Of a stretch of 14,900 nt of DNA, positions 8,179-14,900 are shown piece by piece. Numbering within the stretch: the first letter of the stretch is position 1; each line of letters opens with the position of its first letter. Below the pieces are notes generated by a model. The model made no database searches, was not told the origin of the DNA, and worked only from the letters and a program-made list of their open reading frames with translations. Source of the DNA: a virus; the UHGV virus genome UHGV-0189183; one strand, 5' to 3'. The position numbers were made by a program, and so were the translations under genes.

Positions 8179-8538
8179 TCAGAGAAACTTTGAATAGTGA
8201 CTGTCGTCAGGTTCAGCAGAACGCCGTATGCTGCGCTCCCGCCAGCGGGTAAATACCACCGACGGATGCAGCGTCAGCGAGCCAGAGCCGCTACCCCCCG
8301 CGGGAGCTAGCGAAGGTTTAAAGAGCGGGGCATTAAACAGGCGCGTATACCGCTGCTCAAACCATGCCAGAGGGCAGGAAGAAAGCTTATTGTCGCTGTC
8401 ATGACGAATCAGCACTTCACAGCTGAATTCAGGGTTAACCAGCGCCACGGAGGGCGAGGCTTCAGTTAATCTGATAATCGTGACAGTCCAGCCACGCTCA
8501 TGCTGCCAGCGTTCGCCGGGTTGCGGATAATTACGCAT
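8179..8538 (-). CDS. Hypothetical protein (start moved to the ATG at 8538)
   Basis: GGAGGTGA ribosome-binding site 5 nt before the ATG at 8538. Overlaps the upstream gene stop by 8 nt. Confidence 0.5.
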   Translation of the reverse strand: MRNYPQPGERWQHERGWTVTIIRLTEASPSVALVNPEFSCEVLIRHDSDNKLSSCPLAWFEQRYTRLFNAPLFKPSLAPAGGSGSGSLTLHPSVVFTRWRERSIRRSAEPDDSHYSKFL

Positions 8539-8707
8539 GTTCACCTCCACAGGGAATGCGACCGGCAAAGCTCAGCACATAGTCCGGGGCAAGTCTGCGC
8601 CGCGCTGAGCGCTCGTTATCTGCGGTGATCCTTAACATCACAGGACGGGCATTGCGTTGACTGCGGTTGATCGCCGCAAATAACCAGGTACACTTCTGTT
8701 TAGCCAT
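8531..8707 (-). CDS. Small P4-family protein, first gene of the leftward operon (possibly Icd-like; uncertain)
   Basis: GAGGT ribosome-binding site before the ATG at 8707 (MAKQKCTWLFAAINRSQ...). About 58 aa. The longer ORF-track start at 8761 has no ribosome-binding site. Confidence 0.4.
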   Translation of the reverse strand: MAKQKCTWLFAAINRSQRNARPVMLRITADNERSARRRLAPDYVLSFAGRIPCGGEHA

Positions 8708-8790
8708 TTTCGTTACCTCATCTAACGCTTTGGTCAGACGCCTCGGCAGTGCCGCAAACACTCCGGGGCGTTGCTATTTTGATTCCTTGT

Positions 8791-8836
8791 GTGTAATGTG
8801 TCATTACACATAAGCACATTACAATAGGTGTAATTG
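8791..8836. promoter_or_regulatory. Operator-like array of TGTAATG/CATTACA half-sites in the divergent promoter region
   Basis: GTGTAATG (8791-8798) and CATTACAC (8802-8809) form an inverted repeat; CATTACA (8817-8823) and TGTAAT (8829-8834) form a second. The array overlaps the AGGTG ribosome-binding site of the RHH gene. Confidence 0.5.
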
Positions 8837-8838
8837 AC

Positions 8839-9018
8839 GTGTCAACACACAAGAACGAAAGACGTGGTAATCCACCATTCCAGTTCAGACTTGACCCTGA
8901 ATTGCGTGAGTTAATGGAAGAAGCACAGCAGCAGGATGGTGATGAATCACTGGCTGCTTGGATCAAACGCATTATCCGCAAAGAGCTACAAAGTCGTGGT
9001 TCCGAACCAAAGAACTGA
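8839..9018 (+). CDS. Ribbon-helix-helix (Arc/MetJ-type) small DNA-binding protein, GTG start; not in the supplied ORF track
   Basis: 59-codon ORF, GTG at 8839 preceded by AGGTG at 8826-8830, stop TGA at 9016-9018. The N-terminal segment PPFQFRLDPELRELMEEAQQQ is typical of an RHH beta-strand and first helix. Confidence 0.5.
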   Translation: MSTHKNERRGNPPFQFRLDPELRELMEEAQQQDGDESLAAWIKRIIRKELQSRGSEPKN

Positions 9019-9026
9019 TAAATACA

Positions 9027-9056
9027 TGGGGAAGATTTTCTTCTTTCCCATTTTTC
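9027..9056 (+). terminator. Weak terminator-like hairpin plus T-run after the RHH gene
   Basis: GGGAAGA / TCTTTCCC imperfect stem with one bulge, followed by TTTTT at 9051-9055. Confidence 0.3.
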
Positions 9057-9069
9057 TAAGGTCGTCATA

Positions 9070-9279
9070 TTATTTATCAGCATCTGAGGATTGAGCTTTT
9101 ACCCACTGTCTAATTTCTTGTGCATCGTAAACAGTTACCCGTTTTGAAATACGTGTGGATTTTGGAAATTCAGGATTGTTTTTTTCCCAGCGCCAGAGAG
9201 TAACTGTGCTTACTTGCAAAAAGTCAGCAGTAGCCCGTGGGCGGGCATGCCCGGTGATAGGGTAAGTTTTTAATGTCAT
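9070..9279 (-). CDS. alpA: AlpA-family transcriptional regulator / excisionase-like protein
   Basis: 69 aa. The segment FLQVSTVTLWRWEKNNPEFPKSTRISKRVTVYDAQEIRQWV matches the AlpA (MerR-like helix-turn-helix) family pattern. Confidence 0.75.
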   Translation of the reverse strand: MTLKTYPITGHARPRATADFLQVSTVTLWRWEKNNPEFPKSTRISKRVTVYDAQEIRQWVKAQSSDADK

Positions 9280-9287
9280 GAAATTAC

Positions 9288-9315
9288 CTGCCGTGTTATG
9301 TAATGAACACGGCAG
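9288..9315. promoter_or_regulatory. Perfect 10-bp inverted repeat CTGCCGTGTT-N8-AACACGGCAG directly upstream of alpA
   Basis: The loop contains TGTAATG. On the minus strand the 3' arm includes the probable alpA ribosome-binding site (AGGT). No flanking T-run, so more likely an operator or translational-control hairpin than a terminator. Confidence 0.45.
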
Positions 9316-9386
9316 ATGATGGCAAGGTTAGGGCTAAATTATCAGTGCCACTATTTTGTTTTTATGATGGTATAAAATATTACCAC

Positions 9387-10439
9387 TTAAAATCTTCCTG
9401 CTTTAGATGAGCTAAGACATTCTTTTATCTTATCTTTTCCAAGTTCAACCTTTGTTTTTGGATTGTTTCTTTCTGCCACGATTTTATCTGCCCACGCGTC
9501 AATAGTCAGTTTTCCTCGTTTTCCATTGCAAGATGCTGGGTCATTTAGTAACCAATAAATAGCTGCTTTGTACACTGCCTCTCTTTTTGTTGCTGATGCT
9601 TCAACATTACCATGCACTCTTCGGATGCTTTCGATGCTGGATACACCACCATTCACATAGCTGGGTAGCTCTTTGCCAACACCGTTATCTAATTTTTCTA
9701 TTTGGTATCTTGTTAAATAGATATCATCCAGTGTTATATTTCCAATAATATTTTTATTAGATGGAGATACTAATCCCTCTATTGATGATAAGCCTTCGAA
9801 AGGGGACATTGCTAATATTACCCACTCATCACTGCCAAATGCAGCATTAGTGAATGGCATATTAGCTTCTTTAAAAGAAATATCATGTGCTAATAGCCTT
9901 GCTTTACCATATACCTTTAGTTCTTTGTATAATGAAGATGTTGGGCTGATGACACATATAGACCACAATCCAGAAAGTAAGATTAATGGGCTTTTTATAT
10001 TTGGTTTGTTTTCTAAATGGTATATTTGTTTTGGAGGTGAAAATGGCTTATCTTCTGTATAATCAATATCGAATTTTGCTTTTGGTATGAAATGGCTTAA
10101 TGCAGATTTATTACTATAGTTTAATACTCTGGGTGGGTACATGTTTTCCCAATCTTTAAAATCTCCACCTTTACGCATCATCATTAGCGCAGCTTCGAAA
10201 CCATTTAATTCTAAGCAAAATTCGATAATTCCAATTTGAGCAAAATGGATAAGGTCATCAATTTGGCAATTAAGTAGTTCAGCAGCTCGTTTTAGGGAGC
10301 AAAATTCCATTACAGGAATACTATTCCTTTCCCAAACATTTAATCGTGTATTATCGCTCATCACGTCACCTGTATGCACATATGGTAAAATGGGGCGAAT
10401 AGCAGACTTTACTACTATTAGCCATTTTCTTATTTTCAA
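9387..10439 (-). CDS. Hypothetical AT-rich cargo protein between integrase and alpA (alternative start at 10361 with AGGTGA ribosome-binding site)
   Basis: 350-aa ORF whose first codon overlaps the integrase stop. Conspicuously AT-rich. No family recognised by eye. Confidence 0.6.
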   Translation of the reverse strand: MKIRKWLIVVKSAIRPILPYVHTGDVMSDNTRLNVWERNSIPVMEFCSLKRAAELLNCQIDDLIHFAQIGIIEFCLELNGFEAALMMMRKGGDFKDWENMYPPRVLNYSNKSALSHFIPKAKFDIDYTEDKPFSPPKQIYHLENKPNIKSPLILLSGLWSICVISPTSSLYKELKVYGKARLLAHDISFKEANMPFTNAAFGSDEWVILAMSPFEGLSSIEGLVSPSNKNIIGNITLDDIYLTRYQIEKLDNGVGKELPSYVNGGVSSIESIRRVHGNVEASATKREAVYKAAIYWLLNDPASCNGKRGKLTIDAWADKIVAERNNPKTKVELGKDKIKECLSSSKAGRF

Positions 10440-11707
10440 ACAACGCGTAGTTTTTTCATTTTATAGGGGGCAATATATCTATCAGTGTTAGCTTCAATAT
10501 AATTAGACCACCATTGCATCATCCGACGACGTTCATGCATATGCTGAGCTAAGTGTACATAAGCGGCTCGCACTTCATTTCGTTCTTGATGGCTCATTTG
10601 CCGTTCTACTGCATCCCTCGACCATAAGCCTGATTCTGTCAGGGCTGAGCACGCCATTGCCCTAAATCCATGAAGGCAAATGTCCACCTGCGTGTCGTAC
10701 CCCATAATTCTTAATGACTTATTAACTGTGTTCTCACTCATTGGTTTGTAAGGGTTACTATCTCCGGGGAAAATAAGTTCATACTCACCACTTATTTTTT
10801 TAATAGCTTCGAGAACATCAATAGCTTCATTAGATAATGGAACATAATGAATACTGCCCATTTTTGCCCCACGCTCTGAATATTTTACCCCATCAATTCT
10901 TTTTCTTTGAGCAGGAATAGTCCACATTGCATTTTCAAAATTAATTTCCTCCCATCTTGCGTGTCTCAGTTCACTGGAGCGAACAAAAGTATGAAGAGAA
11001 AATAATACTGCCAGCTTAGTTAACGGCCTCCCTGTATAGCTATCAATTTTTGATATTAATTCGGGTAATCGTTCTAACGGAAGTGCAGGGCGATGCTTTA
11101 TTTTGGGGCTGGAAATTGCTCCTCTTAGATCATGGGTAGGATTGTATTCAACAATTCCACGCTGAATAGCGTACCGGAAAACGCTTGCAAGAGTAGTTTT
11201 CACTCTTCCTGTTGTTGCTCCAATTCCCTGATCACTCATCCTCACCAATAATGGCAACAGGTCACTTGTTTTTAATGAGTCGATGGGTTTATTTCCGATA
11301 TATGGGAAAATATGATTTTCCATTTCTCTTAAAATTTTAGTGCGGGTAATCTCTTTCCATGAGGGATGGCCTATAGAGCCTTTATGCCACTCTAAAGCGA
11401 TTGTCTGGAATGTAGCAGAGGCGGGTTCTGTTGGCGCTGCTTTTTTAGATACTCTGGGATCAACACCGTCGGCTAAAAGTTGCCTTGCTTCATCTCTACG
11501 CTTACGGGCAAGTGCCAGCGAAACGTCTGGGAAAACGCCCAAAGCCAGCGTAGCTTGTTTGCCGTTAAATCTGTAGTTCATTCGCCATGCCTTGGTCCCG
11601 TTCTTTTTAACTAAAAGATACAGGCTTCCCCCATCCGTCAGTTTGTAGTCTGTTTCTTTGGGTTTAGCGTTTTCAACTTTCTTGGGTGATAGCTCATTTA
11701 GTGCCAT
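10436..11707 (-). CDS. int: P4-type tyrosine integrase (site-specific recombinase)
   Basis: 423 aa. N-terminal arm-binding-type region (YKLTDGGSLYLLVKKNGTKAWRMNYRFNGK) and C-terminal catalytic region (HGFRAMACS...VERQMSH...RAAYVH with the tyrosine). Immediately adjacent to the tRNA gene. Confidence 0.95.
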   Translation of the reverse strand: MALNELSPKKVENAKPKETDYKLTDGGSLYLLVKKNGTKAWRMNYRFNGKQATLALGVFPDVSLALARKRRDEARQLLADGVDPRVSKKAAPTEPASATFQTIALEWHKGSIGHPSWKEITRTKILREMENHIFPYIGNKPIDSLKTSDLLPLLVRMSDQGIGATTGRVKTTLASVFRYAIQRGIVEYNPTHDLRGAISSPKIKHRPALPLERLPELISKIDSYTGRPLTKLAVLFSLHTFVRSSELRHARWEEINFENAMWTIPAQRKRIDGVKYSERGAKMGSIHYVPLSNEAIDVLEAIKKISGEYELIFPGDSNPYKPMSENTVNKSLRIMGYDTQVDICLHGFRAMACSALTESGLWSRDAVERQMSHQERNEVRAAYVHLAQHMHERRRMMQWWSNYIEANTDRYIAPYKMKKLRVV

Positions 11708-11728
11708 GGAGAGTAATCTTTGTTGTCA

Positions 11729-11779
11729 GTTGATGGTATCGGTTTATCGAACCGTGAGTACCATCAACGATACCATCAG
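11729..11779. repeat. Putative integrase arm-type sites between int and the tRNA
   Basis: TGATGGTATC (11731-11740, inverted), TACCATCAAC (11759-11768) and GATACCATCAG (11769-11779); same motif as 439-460. Confidence 0.5.
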
Positions 11780-11891
11780 AATCATGTAATGTCATGAAAT
11801 CAACTGAAACCATGTTCAAGGCGACAGGCCCTGATTTTGCTGGTTTTAAGGGGGGAGGTGAAGTGTGTTGAAACGTGATGAAATGAAAAGG

Positions 11892-11966
11892 TATTGTCCC
11901 CTGCAGGAATCGAACCTGCAATTAGCCCTTAGGAGGGGCTCGTTATATCCATTTAACTAAGAGGAC
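11892..11966 (-). tRNA. argW: tRNA-Arg, anticodon CCU (argW-type); the three nucleotides after the discriminator read ATA, not CCA
   Basis: The reverse complement, read from 11966 (5' end) to 11892 (3' end), gives GTCCTCTTAGTTAAATGGATATAACGAGCCCCTCCTAAGGGCTAATTGCAGGTTCGATTCCTGCAGGGGAC-A-ATA. It folds as a cloverleaf with a CCU anticodon and a TTCGATT T-loop. Confidence 0.85.
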
Positions 11967-11977
11967 AATGCGGCATG

Positions 11978-11983
11978 AGTATA
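11978..11983 (-). promoter_or_regulatory. Probable -10 hexamer (TATACT) of the tRNA promoter with GC-rich discriminator
   Basis: On the minus strand GGGTATACTCATGCCGCATT immediately precedes the tRNA 5' end. Confidence 0.4.
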
Positions 11984-12041
11984 CCCGCTAATGGAGTGCG
12001 GGGTAAGTACGCTGCCGCTCGATTGCTTAAACCCTCGCCAT

Positions 12042-12974
12042 TTATGCCGGGTTTTTATAATTTTTCTTAATGTTTTCCGCACGTTCTGCTTTTTGGCGTG
12101 CTTCTGCTTTACGCTTATTGCTCATGTCGTTACGAATCTGTGCATGACTCATTAACGCGAAGATAAAGGTGCCGCCGCAGATGTTCCCCGCTAAAGTAGG
12201 TAGTGCGAAGGGCCAGATGAAATCGCTCCAGTGCAGCGTACCGTTAAACACCAGATAGAGGATTTCAACAGAACCGACCACGATATGGGTGGTGTCACCC
12301 AGGGCAATAAGCCAGGTCATCAATATAATCACCACAATCTTTGCCGCACCCGCTGCAGGAAACATCCAAACCATAGTGGCGATCAGCCAGCCGGAAATGA
12401 TCGCGTTGGCAAACATCTCGCTGGGGGTGTTCTTCATCACATCCATGCCGATTTTGACAAATGCATCGCGAGTTTCTTCATTGAAGATAGGCATATATTC
12501 AAATGCCCACGCCGCAATACCTGTCCCGAGAATATTACCCAGCAGCACGACGCCCCATAACCGTATAAGTAAGCCGACGTTGCTCATTGTCGGTTTTTGC
12601 ATGACGGGTAGTACCGCAGTCACGGTATTTTCGGTAAATAATTGCTGGCGGGCCATAATGACGATAATAAAACCAAAGGTATAACCGAGATTCTCCAGCA
12701 AGAAGCTGCCCGGCACACCTTCCAGTTCGACTTGAAATATCCCTTTTGCCAGTAACGAAGCGCCCATCGACAGACCCGCCGCAATGGCTGACCACAGTAG
12801 CGCCATTGCGTCGCGTTCCAGCTCTTTTTCACCATCCTGGCGGATATGCTCATGAATTGCCATCGCCCGGGAGGGGAGTCGGTCTTCATCTATTTCTATT
12901 TTTTTGCCGCGCTCTTTTTCTTCGCTCTCAACTTCAATTTCGTCGCTGTGTTGATCAATTTTGTCGTTGTCCAT
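12042..12974 (-). CDS. yfdC: Formate/nitrite transporter (FNT) family inner-membrane protein, YfdC-like
   Basis: 310 aa. Acidic N-terminal tail followed by multiple hydrophobic transmembrane segments. Sits between tRNA-Arg and mlaA as in E. coli. Confidence 0.75.
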   Translation of the reverse strand: MDNDKIDQHSDEIEVESEEKERGKKIEIDEDRLPSRAMAIHEHIRQDGEKELERDAMALLWSAIAAGLSMGASLLAKGIFQVELEGVPGSFLLENLGYTFGFIIVIMARQQLFTENTVTAVLPVMQKPTMSNVGLLIRLWGVVLLGNILGTGIAAWAFEYMPIFNEETRDAFVKIGMDVMKNTPSEMFANAIISGWLIATMVWMFPAAGAAKIVVIILMTWLIALGDTTHIVVGSVEILYLVFNGTLHWSDFIWPFALPTLAGNICGGTFIFALMSHAQIRNDMSNKRKAEARQKAERAENIKKNYKNPA

Positions 12975-13267
12975 GGTCTCTTCTCTTGAATTAGCACGTA
13001 TAGCTAAAGCGTAGCGGCTTTTTTGCTCGCAACTGACGGGAGTTACTCTGAAAATGTAGAAAAGGCTGCGTTTGCCTTTTTCTGTTTCTATAGAATCAAG
13101 TAGCCTACAGGGCGGCGATTACCAGGCTATGATCAAATCAGCAAATCAGGGCGTCTGGACATCAGTTGACGTGCTGTTACAATCGCCCACACCTAAACAG
13201 GCGGATACGGTATCGTTCCGTCATGGATGGCAAACTGCATAAGCCATAAAAAAACAGGGAGACATTT

Positions 13268-14023
13268 ATGAAGCTTCGCCTGTCGGCGCTTGCTCTGGGA
13301 ACTACGCTTCTGGTGGGGTGTGCGAGTTCCGGTACAGATCAGCAAGGGCGTTCTGACCCGTTAGAAGGGTTCAACCGCACCATGTACAACTTCAACTTCA
13401 ACGTATTAGACCCGTATATTGTTCGACCGGTCGCTGTCGCCTGGCGTGATTATGTTCCGCAACCGGCGCGTAATGGTTTGAGCAACTTTACTGGCAACCT
13501 TGAAGAACCTGCGGTGATGGTTAACTACTTCTTGCAGGGCGACCCTTATCAGGGGATGGTCCACTTTACCCGCTTTTTCCTGAACACCATTTTGGGGATG
13601 GGCGGCTTTATTGATGTTGCAGGGATGGCGAACCCGAAACTGCAACGGACTGAACCTCACCGCTTCGGTAGTACGCTTGGTCATTATGGCGTGGGTTATG
13701 GGCCTTACGTTCAGTTACCGTTCTACGGTAGCTTCACGCTGCGTGATGACGGTGGTGATATGGCGGATGGTCTTTACCCGGTTCTTTCCTGGCTGACCTG
13801 GCCGATGTCTGTGGGTAAATGGACGCTTGAAGGGATCGAAACCCGCGCTCAGCTGCTGGATTCCGATGGTCTGCTGCGTCAGTCGTCCGATCCTTATATT
13901 ATGGTGCGCGAAGCGTACTTCCAGCGTCATGATTTCATCGCTAATGGCGGCGAACTCAAACCGCAGGAAAATCCGAACGCACAAGCGATTCAGGATGATT
14001 TAAAAGATATTGATTCTGAATAA
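13268..14023 (+). CDS. mlaA: Outer-membrane lipoprotein MlaA (VacJ), phospholipid asymmetry maintenance
   Basis: 251 aa. Lipoprotein signal peptide with lipobox LLVGC ending at Cys18. Sequence and length match MlaA/VacJ as I recall it. Confidence 0.85.
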   Translation: MKLRLSALALGTTLLVGCASSGTDQQGRSDPLEGFNRTMYNFNFNVLDPYIVRPVAVAWRDYVPQPARNGLSNFTGNLEEPAVMVNYFLQGDPYQGMVHFTRFFLNTILGMGGFIDVAGMANPKLQRTEPHRFGSTLGHYGVGYGPYVQLPFYGSFTLRDDGGDMADGLYPVLSWLTWPMSVGKWTLEGIETRAQLLDSDGLLRQSSDPYIMVREAYFQRHDFIANGGELKPQENPNAQAIQDDLKDIDSE

Positions 14024-14031
14024 GAAACAAA

Positions 14032-14064
14032 TAAAAAAGGTGAGTCGCAAAACTCACCTTTTTT
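14032..14064. terminator. Bidirectional rho-independent terminator after mlaA
   Basis: A-run, stem GGTGAGT (14039-14045), loop CGCAAA, stem ACTCACC (14052-14058), T-run 14059-14064. Confidence 0.65.
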
Positions 14065-14204
14065 GTTGTTATCCCTCAATTACCACAAGTAAAAGGAGAT
14101 AAACCGACAATGACCTAGACGTAATTATGTAAAAATACTGATGTTCGTCACTGACTATTTCCGATATTCAGCTGTTGAAAAATCAAAAAACTGGAAAAAT
14201 AATT

Positions 14205-14900
14205 TTAAATATCATCAAAATTAACACCTGGCGCAGATGGTTGATTAATTTCATTTTGATATTCAGCCTGGCGATTTTGAAGCCTTTCTTCAATTTTACC
14301 TTCGAGATCCTTAAAATGCTTATATATTTTTTGAGAATGGCCAACGTTAATTTTGTTACCGACTAAAGTAGAAACTATTTCTTTTAGATGGTCGCATTTA
14401 TATTTTGCATCGTCCACTTGAAAATCATATCTTATTGCTCGACCATAACGTTTAAAAACGTCGTTTGGTTCTCTCAGTCTTTCCCCGTTGAGCTCGTTTA
14501 CAACCTGATGATCGGAACCAGTTGCAAATGATTCTGCCATGATAGCTTTACTGCTTTCAAACCACGCTGAAGCACTCCTGGCGTTTTCACTACAATATTG
14601 GGTGAGACTATCACCATTAATACGAATTCCTCTTTGAATGTGGTAGTCGTCCTGATCGTAGTAACCGAGAGATAAGTAATCATTTCCGTTTTTATTTTTA
14701 ATTACAATAGCGAGAGAGTCGCCTTTTTTATCTTTACCGTACCAGGTAAATAAGTCCGTTGGTTCGCTTTTCCCGCTCTCATCAAATTCCGTTACCGTAT
14801 GTCTGAGTTTGTGTGATATCTTATCGAAGATAAAACCAGGATCTCCATCATATATTTCTTTTAATGCGCTGAAGATCATTTCCTTGTTATTGATATCATG
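14205..14900 (-). CDS. 3' portion of an AT-rich hypothetical gene continuing beyond the window end (position consistent with yfdF of E. coli)
   Basis: Frame stays open upstream of the ATG at 14879 to the last base of the window. AT-rich coding sequence convergent with mlaA. Confidence 0.5.
   Translation of the reverse strand, partial: HDINNKEMIFSALKEIYDGDPGFIFDKISHKLRHTVTEFDESGKSEPTDLFTWYGKDKKGDSLAIVIKNKNGNDYLSLGYYDQDDYHIQRGIRINGDSLTQYCSENARSASAWFESSKAIMAESFATGSDHQVVNELNGERLREPNDVFKRYGRAIRYDFQVDDAKYKCDHLKEIVSTLVGNKINVGHSQKIYKHFKDLEGKIEERLQNRQAEYQNEINQPSAPGVNFDDI

Larger units (their letters stand above)
366..11914. mobile_element. P4-like satellite prophage / integrative element inserted at tRNA-Arg(CCU)
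   Basis: Bounded by direct repeats of the tRNA 3' end. P4-type integrase next to the tRNA. AlpA, alpha-type primase/helicase, iterons, Sid/Psu-like and Ogr/Delta-like genes present. Size about 11.5 kb. Confidence 0.85.

Noticed and set aside
11694-11921. 75-aa minus-strand ORF spanning the integrase upstream region and the tRNA 3' end
   Set aside because: It overlaps the attachment-site arm repeats and the tRNA itself and has no ribosome-binding site; treated as spurious.
12231-12994. Overlapping ORFs within the yfdC-like transporter gene (12231-12560, 12289-12684, 12535-12795, 12620-12889, 12746-12994)
   Set aside because: Shadow ORFs of a membrane-protein gene; the 310-aa frame is the coherent one with an FNT-like hydropathy pattern.

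Overview
The window is an enterobacterial (E. coli-type) chromosomal segment in which a ~11.5 kb P4-like satellite prophage (about 366-11914) is inserted at the 3' end of a tRNA-Arg(CCU) gene (argW-type, minus strand, 11892-11966). Flanking chromosome: the C-terminal end of a LysR-type regulator on the left (1-270, position consistent with dsdC), and on the right the tRNA, an FNT-family transporter (yfdC-like), the lipoprotein MlaA/VacJ and the 3' part of an AT-rich gene running off the window. The element carries, on the minus strand from right to left: a P4-type tyrosine integrase, an AT-rich 350-aa cargo ORF, an AlpA regulator, a replication operon of small unknown genes ending in a P4 alpha-type primase/helicase, an iteron cluster, a Sid/Psu-family gene and an Ogr/Delta zinc-finger activator. 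A 59-codon GTG-start ribbon-helix-helix gene absent from the ORF track sits on the plus strand (8839-9018) behind an operator-like array. The integrase-distal end, which corresponds to the known P4 variable/defence hotspot, holds two convergent cargo genes sharing a bidirectional terminator: a portal-like protein (913-1938) and an AT-rich DUF4062-type protein (1968-2933). That DUF4062-type gene is my best candidate for an undescribed single-gene anti-phage function, followed by the 350-aa ORF and the orphan portal-like gene. All protein-family calls rest on motifs read by eye and recalled family signatures; no database search was possible.
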